Origin: Gammaproteobacteria bacterium
Lineage (GTDB): Bacteria > Pseudomonadota > Gammaproteobacteria > M30B25
Direction: 5' to 3'
Length of the DNA: 64,000 nt
Assembly: GCA_018402195.1 (NCBI GenBank)
Contig: JAGYIW010000001.1
Coordinates: 31,201 to 95,200 of the forward strand
Part shown: piece after piece, positions 20,589 through 29,788 of the stretch
Layout of the letters: every line of letters begins with the position of its first letter
How positions within the stretch are numbered: the first letter of the stretch is position 1
Notes under the pieces: model-generated
Told to the model about the DNA's origin: nothing
Databases searched by the model: none
What the model saw: the letters and a program-made list of their open reading frames with translations, nothing else
Made by a program: the position numbers and the translations under genes

Positions 20589-21281
20589 TTGGAGCCAATC
20601 ATGCGCACAATCTTTATCGCTGGCACAGACACAAATGTAGGCAAAACCTGGGTTAGCTGCGCCTTCCTTAAGGCATGTAAACTAGCTGGCGAAACTACCA
20701 TCGCCCTAAAGCCCCTAGCTACAGGATGCGATATCAATAACCCAACACCTGAAAGCGACTTAGCTCAATTAGCCCAAGCCAGTAACCATATGCTAACCTA
20801 CAAACAAATGGCTTATGCCACCCATATCATACCATGCAGTCCCAACCTCTGCTTACCTGAAATTCAAGCAAAGAGTATCACTGAATTCTGCCTGAAGCAC
20901 ACACAACAATCGCCCTACTCAATCACACTGATTGAAGGCATAGGCGGCTGGTTATGCCCACTTAACGATAAAGAAACCATGGCTGATGCCATTTTGCCAC
21001 TAGGCTGTCCAATTGTTTTGGTTGTTGGCGTTAAACTGGGCTGCCTTAATCACACCTTACTTACAGTCAAACATATGCAACAGCATCAAGCCAATCTAGT
21101 GGGTTGGATTGCCAATAGCATTGATCCTGGCATGGAAAAACAGGCGGAAAATATTGCTTACCTCAAGAGGGCATTGCCCATACCTTGTCTGGCCACCATC
21201 AAACATGGTGAAGAACAACAGGCCATCAGTCAACTCCAGATTTACGCTGCTGCATTTGCCAAGCAGCATAGCCACCGATAA
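20589..21281 (+). CDS. bioD: Dethiobiotin synthetase
   Basis: N-terminal P-loop IFIAGTDTNVGKTWVS, 230 aa. Confidence 0.9.
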   Translation: MEPIMRTIFIAGTDTNVGKTWVSCAFLKACKLAGETTIALKPLATGCDINNPTPESDLAQLAQASNHMLTYKQMAYATHIIPCSPNLCLPEIQAKSITEFCLKHTQQSPYSITLIEGIGGWLCPLNDKETMADAILPLGCPIVLVVGVKLGCLNHTLLTVKHMQQHQANLVGWIANSIDPGMEKQAENIAYLKRALPIPCLATIKHGEEQQAISQLQIYAAAFAKQHSHR

Positions 21282-22278
21282 CATTACTCACCCGTTTAAA
21301 GCCAGCCTTAATCATCCAGTGCCCAGCTAAATCACTACGCACCCCTGAGTGACAATAAACCAACCAATGCGTTTGCTTATCAACTCCTTTCATGGCCTCA
21401 TCGAGAGCATCAAAAGGCACATGCTCGCCACCCATATGCCCAGCCTGACGTTCTTCTGGAGTTCTGACATCCAACAATTTCCCTCCCTTCAGCAAGGCCT
21501 CATCCAGCTGTGCCAAAGTGATCACCCCTAAACTCGCAGGATCTCTCCTGTGCAAAGACACACAAACTGGGCAAGAATCATCTGGCTCAAAATTGAGCAT
21601 AGCAGCCTCCCCTCTACGCAAATCAATATGCCAAAGCTTACCGGAATAGCCACCAGACATCCCTAAAAGCACTTGCAGCACCATACTAGACTGCAGTTGG
21701 CCAAACAAAGCTGGCAAAGAAGAAATCACACCGGCTTGGGCACAAGTCGGCAATTCAGCTTCTTGCCGAGGAAAAAGACAACTATAACATCCTGCACCAT
21801 CAACCAACAGTGCATAACCAGACCACTGTGCCAAGCTCGCAACTACCAAAGGGATAGCTTGCTGCAAGCAATATTCATTGAGCAAATATTTGGTACCTGC
21901 ATCATCCGAACAATCAACCACCACCGTGCATCCAGTCACAAAAGCGGTGATATTGCCCTTATCTAAGTACTCAGTGACGGCCTCAACCATGACATCAGGG
22001 TTTTGTCGCTGACAAACTTCAGCCAAAACATGGGCTTTGGCCCTACCGACATCATTCAGAGTAAACAAAGGCTGCCTAGCCAAGTTAGATACCGCCACCT
22101 CATCACCATCTACCACACGAATATGTCCTACACCAGCAGCAGTCAGCGTTTGTATCACGGCATTGCCCAAACCTCCACCACCAACTAGCAAAACACGAGA
22201 TCCTGCCAGCTGTGACTGCCCCACTGCCCCTACTTCTGGCAGACTCATTTGCCTACTATATCTTGCTTGCTTGCCCAC
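21226..22278 (-). CDS. thiF: Sulfur-carrier adenylyltransferase ThiF/MoeB-like with C-terminal rhodanese domain
   Basis: ThiF/MoeB Rossmann motif (VLLVGGGGLGNAV), CxxC pair, and a C-terminal rhodanese active-site region (LVYCHSGVRS). It lies downstream of thiDE in the thi operon. Its 3' end overlaps the convergent bioD by ~56 nt. Confidence 0.82.
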   Translation of the reverse strand: MGKQARYSRQMSLPEVGAVGQSQLAGSRVLLVGGGGLGNAVIQTLTAAGVGHIRVVDGDEVAVSNLARQPLFTLNDVGRAKAHVLAEVCQRQNPDVMVEAVTEYLDKGNITAFVTGCTVVVDCSDDAGTKYLLNEYCLQQAIPLVVASLAQWSGYALLVDGAGCYSCLFPRQEAELPTCAQAGVISSLPALFGQLQSSMVLQVLLGMSGGYSGKLWHIDLRRGEAAMLNFEPDDSCPVCVSLHRRDPASLGVITLAQLDEALLKGGKLLDVRTPEERQAGHMGGEHVPFDALDEAMKGVDKQTHWLVYCHSGVRSDLAGHWMIKAGFKRVSNVIGGYAAWQMQQRKSGVD

Positions 22279-22285
22279 AACACCC

Positions 22286-23761
22286 TCACTTATCTACAAT
22301 CAATGCATACAACTTAGCCACCTGCTCCTCAAAATTTTCTGTCTGAGTAACAGCAGAAATCATGGCAATACCATCCACCCCAGTTTCAGCCACAGCCTGA
22401 ATATTCTCAGTAGTGATACCACCAATAGCCACCACCGGCACATTGGCCAAACGGTTGTAGAAAGACAGTTTATCCAAGCCTTGCCAAGAAGTGAGCTTAG
22501 GCTTGCTCAAACTCTCAAAAATAGTGCCAAAAGCAACGTAGGATGGGGAAATCTGTAGACCTCTAGCCATTTCATAAGCACCATGGGTGCTTATCCCCAG
22601 ACGCAAACCTGCTTGGGCAATAGCACCCAGGTCAGCTGAAGACAAGTCCTCTTGCCCCAAATGTACTCCATATGCCCCCAGTTCAATAGCAATCTGCCAG
22701 TGGTCATTAACAAACAAACGCACATTATGATCCCTAGCAATAATTATACCCGCCGAGATGATCTGTCTAGCTTCGTCTTCTAACACACCCTTAATGCGAA
22801 GTTGTATCGTAGAAACACCAGGCAGAGGTGCCAATTTTTCCACCCAATCTACGCTGTCCACCACAGGGTAAATCCCTATAGGTCCGTCATCCACTGGTGG
22901 AAAACACAAAGACGGCATCTGTACTTGAGGATCCATAACATAAACATCATGGACACTTGGAATGTCCTGGGCATCAAATTGCATGGGACATTTGCCCAAA
23001 GGACCTGGACCTGCCCCATACTGTTCTGAGAGACGAAATCCTTGGTTGATGTATGTTTTTGCCAGCACAATCGCATCAAGCAATCTTTCATCTCGAGCAA
23101 CAAAAGCCGCCACTGCTGAGGAAAGCGAACAACCAGAACCATGATTGTTATTGCTGGAGTGACGCTTACTGCTAACCCAAGTGGATTGCTTGCCATCACT
23201 CCAATAATCATGGCAATAATCTGAATCACCATGCCCACCTTTAATCAAAACACTTTTAGCACCCCTCGCCAATATATCTCTCGCTGCATGCAACACTTTT
23301 TCCGGTGAACGCACTTGATAACCAACAATCATCTCTGTTTCAAAAATATTGGGAGTCACACAAGTAGATTTGGCCATGATGTTATCAATAAGAAAGTCTT
23401 TGGCAGATTCTTGCAGTAACAAATCTCCTGATGTCGCCACCATCACCGGATCACAAATCACTGGCCCATCATAACTCTCCAGCCACGTGTGGACCTCTTG
23501 CATAATAGCCTCAGAAAACAACATGCCTATCTTCACCACTTTGGGTGGTAAATCATCTTGCAGACACTGCAACTGATCACGCATGACCTCTGGCGTAGTT
23601 TCTTGAATAGATACTACACCAAGACTATTCTGCGCCGTCAGCACAGTAATAGCCGAACAACCAAAGGTTTCTAGATTATTAAACACCGCCAAATCAGCCT
23701 GAATGCCTGCCCCGCCCCCAGAATCTGATCCTGCAATGGTCCAAACAATCGGCTTAATCAT
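22286..23761 (-). CDS. thiDE: Bifunctional hydroxymethylpyrimidine/phosphomethylpyrimidine kinase - thiamine-phosphate synthase (ThiD-ThiE fusion)
   Basis: N-terminal ThiD motif (IAGSDSGGGAGIQADL) and a C-terminal ThiE TIM-barrel region (VAIGGI...GIAMISAV), 491 aa. Confidence 0.85.
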   Translation of the reverse strand: MIKPIVWTIAGSDSGGGAGIQADLAVFNNLETFGCSAITVLTAQNSLGVVSIQETTPEVMRDQLQCLQDDLPPKVVKIGMLFSEAIMQEVHTWLESYDGPVICDPVMVATSGDLLLQESAKDFLIDNIMAKSTCVTPNIFETEMIVGYQVRSPEKVLHAARDILARGAKSVLIKGGHGDSDYCHDYWSDGKQSTWVSSKRHSSNNNHGSGCSLSSAVAAFVARDERLLDAIVLAKTYINQGFRLSEQYGAGPGPLGKCPMQFDAQDIPSVHDVYVMDPQVQMPSLCFPPVDDGPIGIYPVVDSVDWVEKLAPLPGVSTIQLRIKGVLEDEARQIISAGIIIARDHNVRLFVNDHWQIAIELGAYGVHLGQEDLSSADLGAIAQAGLRLGISTHGAYEMARGLQISPSYVAFGTIFESLSKPKLTSWQGLDKLSFYNRLANVPVVAIGGITTENIQAVAETGVDGIAMISAVTQTENFEEQVAKLYALIVDK

Positions 23762-24549
23762 GTGGTTTTCTCCTGTTGTTGCCAGAATGGTGTATCCACT
23801 AAAGGCGTACTCGGTGAAGCCATCTCTCTCTCCGGCATCAACCCAGCAATATAGGCCAAACGTCCGGCTTCAATACTCTTTGCAAAAGCCTCGGCCATCA
23901 TGTCAGGTTGCTGCGCCAATGCCACCGCACTATTTAACAAAACACCATCATAACCAAGCTGCATGACCTGACAGGCGTGAGATGGCGCACCAATGCCAGC
24001 ATCAACAATCAACGTGACATCGGTAATTCTCTGCCGCAAAGATGTCAAACCATACCAATTTACTGGCCCTTTGCCGGAACCAATAGGTGCCGCCCAAGGC
24101 ATAAGAATCTTACAGCCAACCTCTTGAAGGCGACGGCACAGCACATAGTCCTCCGTACAATAGGGAAAAACTTCGAAACCTTGCTGAACCAAGGTTTTCG
24201 CAGCAGAAACCAGCTCAAAGGGATCAGGCTGCAAGTTGTAGTCATCACCAATTACCTCCAGCTTAATCCAATGGGTACCAAAAAGCTCTCGTGCCAATTG
24301 CGCCAGAGTAATCGCTTCTTTAGCCGTGCGACAACCTGCAGTATTAGGAAGCAAATGACAGTTTAGCGATTTGATCATATCCCAAAAATGTTGTCCCCCT
24401 TTGGCATTGGGTTGTTGTCGTTTTAAAGCCACCGTCACAACCTCAGCACCAGATCGTTTGATGCTATCACACAACACTTGCGGCGATGGAAACAAAGCTG
24501 TTCCCATGATCAAGCGGCTTTGCAATGATTGTCCTGCCAATTCAAACAT
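23758..24549 (-). CDS. thiG: Thiazole synthase
   Basis: Typical ThiG sequence (IKLEVIGDDYNLQPDP), 263 aa, overlapping thiDE by 4 nt. Confidence 0.9.
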   Translation of the reverse strand: MFELAGQSLQSRLIMGTALFPSPQVLCDSIKRSGAEVVTVALKRQQPNAKGGQHFWDMIKSLNCHLLPNTAGCRTAKEAITLAQLARELFGTHWIKLEVIGDDYNLQPDPFELVSAAKTLVQQGFEVFPYCTEDYVLCRRLQEVGCKILMPWAAPIGSGKGPVNWYGLTSLRQRITDVTLIVDAGIGAPSHACQVMQLGYDGVLLNSAVALAQQPDMMAEAFAKSIEAGRLAYIAGLMPEREMASPSTPLVDTPFWQQQEKTT

Positions 24550-24580
24550 TCACTCCCCTCAAAACCTGGTCAAACATAGG

Positions 24581-24781
24581 TTAACCTCCCTGCATGGGCA
24601 TGACCACATCGAGCCTGTCTTGGTCTGCCAATACCACAGTACCATATTCTCGCTTGGGCACAATGATGCCATTAACAGCCACTGCAACCAAACTAGGATC
24701 ATAGCCTAGGAGCAATAAAGCCTGATCAATTTTGAGCTGATCTTGCAGCTCACAGGTTTTGCCATTCAACTGTATATTCAT
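24581..24781 (-). CDS. thiS: Sulfur carrier protein ThiS
   Basis: 66 aa, ending in GG, ubiquitin-like, between thiO and thiG. Confidence 0.85.
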   Translation of the reverse strand: MNIQLNGKTCELQDQLKIDQALLLLGYDPSLVAVAVNGIIVPKREYGTVVLADQDRLDVVMPMQGG

Positions 24782-25878
24782 AAAGTCTCCATTTGCACAA
24801 CCAAAGACTGGAAAGCAGGTACAAGGGCAAGCCCAGCCATAAGATCCAGCGCCATATCAGCTAAAACAGGTGCTAACAAATAGCCATGTCGATACAATCC
24901 ATTGATAGCCATAAGACCTTGCTGAACCTGCAATCTGGGCATATTATCAGGCAAAGCTGGTCGACAATGTACCATTGTACTCACAACACTGGCCTCTGCC
25001 AACTCAGGAAAAACACTGTATAAAGCTGAAAGTAGCTCCAACAAAGAACGCACTGTCACTGGGCGCATGTCATCACTCTCTATTTCACTGGCACCCAAGA
25101 CGTATCGACCATTTCCCCTTGGCACAAAATAACAGCGATAACGCGGGTGCAATAAACGCAACGGCCTAGCCAAAGAAAAGTCGGCTGTTTGCAACAAAAC
25201 AGCCTCACCACGAACGCCCCTTAAAGCCGGCATACTCTCTTTCGCTCCCAGCCCCCGACAATCAAAAACCCAATCATAGGTATGCTGAGAAGATGCCAGA
25301 CGCACACGGCCAGGCGTTAAAGATGTCACAGCAGCATTTGCCAACCAAGTAACTTTTTTCGCCAGCAAATTTTCCTGTAATGCTCCCATTACCCCAACAG
25401 GGTCAACATAGCCCTCACGAGGAAAACAAATTGCACGCCCAGAAAATCCAGCCAATGTTGGTTCAAGCTCCGCCAGTCCTTCATGATCAAGTAGCTGGAC
25501 TTCCCCAGGCTTCACACTTAAATTGGTAGAGCGCGCATACAAAATACCCAAAAAACGCTCAAGCTCTGAAGCATCCTGAGCGTGGCCAAGCAGCAAACTT
25601 CCCGCACGGCCTCTTGCATAATCGCCTGACAATTGCTGCCAAATAGCCTGCCAAAGAGGCATGGCCGCCAAGCCCAATTCAACCATACCAGAGCCCGAGG
25701 ATTCGACTTCAGCAAAAGGCGACAACATCCCTGCCGCAGCAAAAGAGCAAGCAGAGGTACTTTGCAAAGGGTTGTTGTCGTAAATGGTGACAGCATATCC
25801 AGCTTGACACAAACGCCAAGCAAGCAAACGCCCCATGATCCCCGCACCCACCACAGCTGTCTTCATAGCACCATTCAT
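24778..25878 (-). CDS. thiO: Glycine oxidase (FAD-dependent)
   Basis: N-terminal FAD motif VVGAGIMGRLLAWRL, 366 aa, first gene of the thi operon. Met-5 is an alternative start. Confidence 0.85.
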   Translation of the reverse strand: MNGAMKTAVVGAGIMGRLLAWRLCQAGYAVTIYDNNPLQSTSACSFAAAGMLSPFAEVESSGSGMVELGLAAMPLWQAIWQQLSGDYARGRAGSLLLGHAQDASELERFLGILYARSTNLSVKPGEVQLLDHEGLAELEPTLAGFSGRAICFPREGYVDPVGVMGALQENLLAKKVTWLANAAVTSLTPGRVRLASSQHTYDWVFDCRGLGAKESMPALRGVRGEAVLLQTADFSLARPLRLLHPRYRCYFVPRGNGRYVLGASEIESDDMRPVTVRSLLELLSALYSVFPELAEASVVSTMVHCRPALPDNMPRLQVQQGLMAINGLYRHGYLLAPVLADMALDLMAGLALVPAFQSLVVQMETL

Positions 25879-25922
25879 TTGAGTTGAACTGATCCTATGC
25901 TACTAAAAAATTGGCAAAAACT

Positions 25923-27629
25923 CTAGGTCACCCTGAGGCTCTTTAACAGCTCGACCAGTTCTTCAGGGGTCTTTTCACACTCTTCGGAAGTGACCTTAAC
26001 CCCATCTGAAGACTGGTAAGCAAACTTCCCAACAAAACTGATGAGCTTTGCTCCTGGAGGGTATTCGCCTAAACTGCTAGCATGCTTGGAGGGAGAATTT
26101 TCTGTCGACATACTATCATTCCGCTCCATTTTTCTTTCATAATTTGCCATCAAAGCGTTGTAAATACCCTGCTTCATCCATTCATCGCGTAAGTATTCAA
26201 TGGCTGTAGCTTTTGGAAACACCTGGGGCAAGTTACCTAGTCGAGTGAATCTACCTTGTTTCACTAGCCAAAGACCTTTCAGGGCCAAGTCAACTTTTAA
26301 TCTGCTACGCCGCTTTGCTTGAGGCGTTAGATTGGCCAACTCATCAACACCTTGCCCCCAAATAGCTCTAGCAGCGTAAGAAGATTGAGGCCTCTCTTTA
26401 ATCTTTGCTTGACTGACTGCAACATCGCCAAGTCTATCTTTGATAAGCCCTGTAACCTTTTCTTTGAATCGCTGAGCAACATAGATACAAGCTGATGTTC
26501 TCGCTGGCTCGTCTTTGGGATCAATCCCAGAAGCATCAACGCAGCCCTTTAAAATCACTTCCTCCTTAAGAAGCTTAGCAAGGGGATCATTGAAGAAGTC
26601 GGGGTTTACACAACACGCCAAAAAGGCAACTGAGTTCATGCAAGCTAAGATATCAAGAGAATTACCAAGTGGTTGAGGAGGATTACGATCTAAAGGATTA
26701 CGATCTAGATGCAATTGATGCATTCGCCTCACAACATAGGACAAATTGAAGTCAAAAGCATATCTGGATTTGGGATGCAATAATTCTAAAATCTTAGCTC
26801 TAAGACCAGAATCATCCTCTAAAGCGTTCAAAACATACTCAAAGTCTCGCTCTATTTGTTCCAAATAAGTGATTAGGAGGTAATTAGGTACTGGGAAAAT
26901 ATCCATTTTTTCTCTTGGTTCACGGACAATCTCAGCCAACACATCAGACATTCTTTGATTTTGATCATTATAAACAAATCCTCCCACAACATAGGCATTT
27001 TGACTGTTCAACCCTTTCAAATTAGGATCTGCGCCTAGGAATAACAGCAAACGGATCATTGCCTCATTGGCGCTGCTGACAGCGATATTTAAAGGCAAGT
27101 CCTCAATCTCTAGATACTTACGTGGAATAAAGGGACAATCCATGCGAAAAAGGGCGGAATTATGTCCCTCAGGAGCCACGAAATCATCGCCTAATGTATC
27201 GACAGTTAAAATATCAAGCTTATAATTTTCCAATTTTCGTGACACTCTCACACACATTTCAACAAAGTCTCTACGGTCTTTAACTATCGCCCAATAGAGC
27301 AAACTAGGATGTCTGCTAGGATCAAAAAGTCCCTGTTGGTCTTCCTCAGTTTTTATAAGGATATCTATCAAATCCCAACGCTCAAAATACATAGCAGCAA
27401 CCAGTGCAGTACCATAGGGATAGCTCTGAATGAGCAAATCAGCGCCTTTCAGAATAAGAATATTGGCAATATCCAATCGGTTAACAACAATTGATTCAAT
27501 TAATGGCGTAACACACAAACTATCTTCTTCATTGATATCATAAGCCTCTTGAGAGGCGTCAAGCAGCTCAAGAAGATCCTGAGGAGAGAAATTTTTATCC
27601 CTGATTTTGTCAAATATTGTCATCGCCAT
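25923..27629 (-). CDS. Ankyrin-repeat protein (eukaryotic-like, effector-type), paralog of 45266-47104
   Basis: 568 aa with Ank-like repeats in the N-terminal half (TPLIESIVVNRLDIANILILKGADL; LPLNIAVSSANEAMIRLLLFLGADPN). It is collinear with the second copy at ~35% identity. Confidence 0.8.
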   Translation of the reverse strand: MAMTIFDKIRDKNFSPQDLLELLDASQEAYDINEEDSLCVTPLIESIVVNRLDIANILILKGADLLIQSYPYGTALVAAMYFERWDLIDILIKTEEDQQGLFDPSRHPSLLYWAIVKDRRDFVEMCVRVSRKLENYKLDILTVDTLGDDFVAPEGHNSALFRMDCPFIPRKYLEIEDLPLNIAVSSANEAMIRLLLFLGADPNLKGLNSQNAYVVGGFVYNDQNQRMSDVLAEIVREPREKMDIFPVPNYLLITYLEQIERDFEYVLNALEDDSGLRAKILELLHPKSRYAFDFNLSYVVRRMHQLHLDRNPLDRNPPQPLGNSLDILACMNSVAFLACCVNPDFFNDPLAKLLKEEVILKGCVDASGIDPKDEPARTSACIYVAQRFKEKVTGLIKDRLGDVAVSQAKIKERPQSSYAARAIWGQGVDELANLTPQAKRRSRLKVDLALKGLWLVKQGRFTRLGNLPQVFPKATAIEYLRDEWMKQGIYNALMANYERKMERNDSMSTENSPSKHASSLGEYPPGAKLISFVGKFAYQSSDGVKVTSEECEKTPEELVELLKSLRVT

Positions 27630-27647
27630 ACCCTCCCACTAGTTTCA

Positions 27648-28442
27648 TCAGATCAATGCTGGACCTGTAGCCATAGCAACATTATCTTCATGTACTTCAG
27701 CTGGTTCAACATCATCAATAATATACGGAGAACGTCTAGGTTCTCCATTCTCCAAGACACCTTCCAGGTTATATTTTCTGACACCTAAATCACACACCAA
27801 AATTATGGCCTTATTGTAACAGGTTGCATCAACACGTTGGCCTAACATTTCATTAAGATTTCGCATCAACAGACCTTGTTCAGGAAAATGGGCAGTTGGA
27901 TTAAGCTTCACACACACCATGGAGACACTATCTTCTTCGTGTCCCCAAACATGGCTATGGACAACGACAATGGCGAAATCAGTATCAAAGCTTTCCGGAA
28001 AATGAGTAGTTACGGATATTGCACCCACCTTTCCTGCCGGACAATGGACCACTTTATTTGGAACAAGAAACTCGAGCCAAGACTTCTGACTCCTAGAAGG
28101 AAGCATACTAAGAAGCTCATTAATGCTCCAAATAAAAGAACGCAGATCATGGTCTGTACAGCCAGAAAACGACTCACCCTCATAATTATCAAAAACCATA
28201 TAGGATTGTCTCTGAACCAAAAACTCATCCCCAGCCAGAACGTAATAACCAGCACCAGAAGCCAGTGCCACCCCAAGAATTTTTTCCCTCGCAGCTATAT
28301 TCAGCGCAGTAGGATTGTCACCACACCCTTCAGACTTAATTTTTTCCACAAGAGACAACTCATCATGGCTACCGACAAAGCCAACCGTACCACCTCCTCC
28401 TCGCACCACCTTACCTCTCAATGGCATAATACGCTTTCCCAA
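27648..28442 (-). pseudogene. C-terminal fragment of a GH13_18 (sucrose-phosphorylase-like) glycoside hydrolase
   Basis: 264-aa ORF that begins at GH13 conserved region IV (GFVGSHDELS) and carries the beta8 'GAGYYVLAGDEF' region. Regions I-III are absent. Only 41 nt separate it from the upstream ABC gene. It is paralogous to 47126-48526. Confidence 0.6.
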
Positions 28443-28483
28443 TATAAAGTCACGAGCATTCCAACCATCCTTTTTTGCCCCAT

Positions 28484-29779
28484 TTAATCAGGATTTTCCA
28501 AGCTCAAAATACCGGCTTTATAATCAAAGGCAAAGATCTCTGCGTAGCGACCCCACTCAATCACTGTCGCTAGGACTTCCTCTGCTCCTTCCTCACTGAG
28601 TGAATCTTCCAATTCACGCAGAAAGCGCTCTTCCTTGGCCATATGATCTGGTCTTTCATCCAACACCCGACGAATGTGCCTAGCCAATGGTACATAGCGC
28701 GTAAGCTGACTGGCAAATAGCGCTTTTTGCTCCTGAATATCTCCCTGAGCAAAATGCAAACCTGCAGGCGTTAATTCAATTTTACCGCTTGAAACCTTAG
28801 CAAAACGCAAAATTTCCAAAGTCTCGGTGATTGGAAACAAATCATCGACGCCCAAGAGCAAGTCATCTGCCAGCTCATGTAACTCCACTTTATCAGGTCT
28901 ATCCTCAAAACAAATCGCCTCCATGAGACCAGATAATTCCGAAATCGATACCTTGGGCAGGCGATACCCTAGGCCAATCACCTTGAAAGTAGAACCCGTC
29001 ATGGCTCGCTGCGAAGAAGGCGCTGTCATTGCTGAATAAATCTTATCCACCAAGGCATCAAAAGCCTCACTTTGCTCACGCCGCGGATGCGACAAATCGA
29101 CCTTAATTTCGGCAATGACATTGCCAGGATTAATGCCAAAGATCAAAATCCTATCCGCCATTAACGCGGCTTCTTCAATATTATGAGTAACAAAAACCAT
29201 GGCTTCGATATGGGTTTGCCGCTCTTGCCATAAATCCAATAAGTCATTACGTAAATTATCAGCTGTTAAAATATCCAGTGATGAAAACGGTTCATCCATC
29301 AACAATACCCGAGGCTCCACCACAATCGCTCTAGCAAAACCCACTCGCTGTGACATACCACCAGATAATTCTCGCGGGTACGCCGACTCAAAACCATCTA
29401 AACCAACAATATCAATGGCTTTCAATGCCCGCTGACGCCGCTCCTGCTTAGAGACCCCCATCGCTTCTAGACCCAGTTCCACATTCTGCAATACTGTTAG
29501 CCAAGGCATCAGGGCAAAATTTTGAAACACCATGGTCATTTTCGGCACGGGCGCACTCACAGGGCGGCCAAACGCTTTGACCGAACCACTATCCGGCATA
29601 GTTAAGCCCAACGCCACTTTCAAAGTGGTCGATTTACCCGAACCTGACTTACCCAATACAGCAACAATTTCCCCAGAGTAAACTGAAAGTGCCAAGTCAC
29701 TCAGCACCAGTAAGTCTTGCTTATCACGCCGAAACGATTTAGCTACTGACTTAAGTTCGATTAAAGGATCTTTTGACAC
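28484..29779 (-). CDS. ABC transporter ATP-binding protein (NitT/TauT-type) with ~170-aa C-terminal extension
   Basis: Walker A (GKSGSGKSTTLKV), ABC signature (LSGGMSQRV) and Walker B (LLMDEPFSSLD), plus a C-terminal domain of unknown family. Confidence 0.85.
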   Translation of the reverse strand: MSKDPLIELKSVAKSFRRDKQDLLVLSDLALSVYSGEIVAVLGKSGSGKSTTLKVALGLTMPDSGSVKAFGRPVSAPVPKMTMVFQNFALMPWLTVLQNVELGLEAMGVSKQERRQRALKAIDIVGLDGFESAYPRELSGGMSQRVGFARAIVVEPRVLLMDEPFSSLDILTADNLRNDLLDLWQERQTHIEAMVFVTHNIEEAALMADRILIFGINPGNVIAEIKVDLSHPRREQSEAFDALVDKIYSAMTAPSSQRAMTGSTFKVIGLGYRLPKVSISELSGLMEAICFEDRPDKVELHELADDLLLGVDDLFPITETLEILRFAKVSSGKIELTPAGLHFAQGDIQEQKALFASQLTRYVPLARHIRRVLDERPDHMAKEERFLRELEDSLSEEGAEEVLATVIEWGRYAEIFAFDYKAGILSLENPD

Positions 29780-29788
29780 AGCCTTCTC

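Noticed and set aside
25879-26010. Possible TPP riboswitch upstream of thiO
   Set aside because: The region is the 3' coding end of the ankyrin gene plus a 44-nt spacer. There is no GGGG...CUGAGA...ACCUGAUC-type THI-box core.
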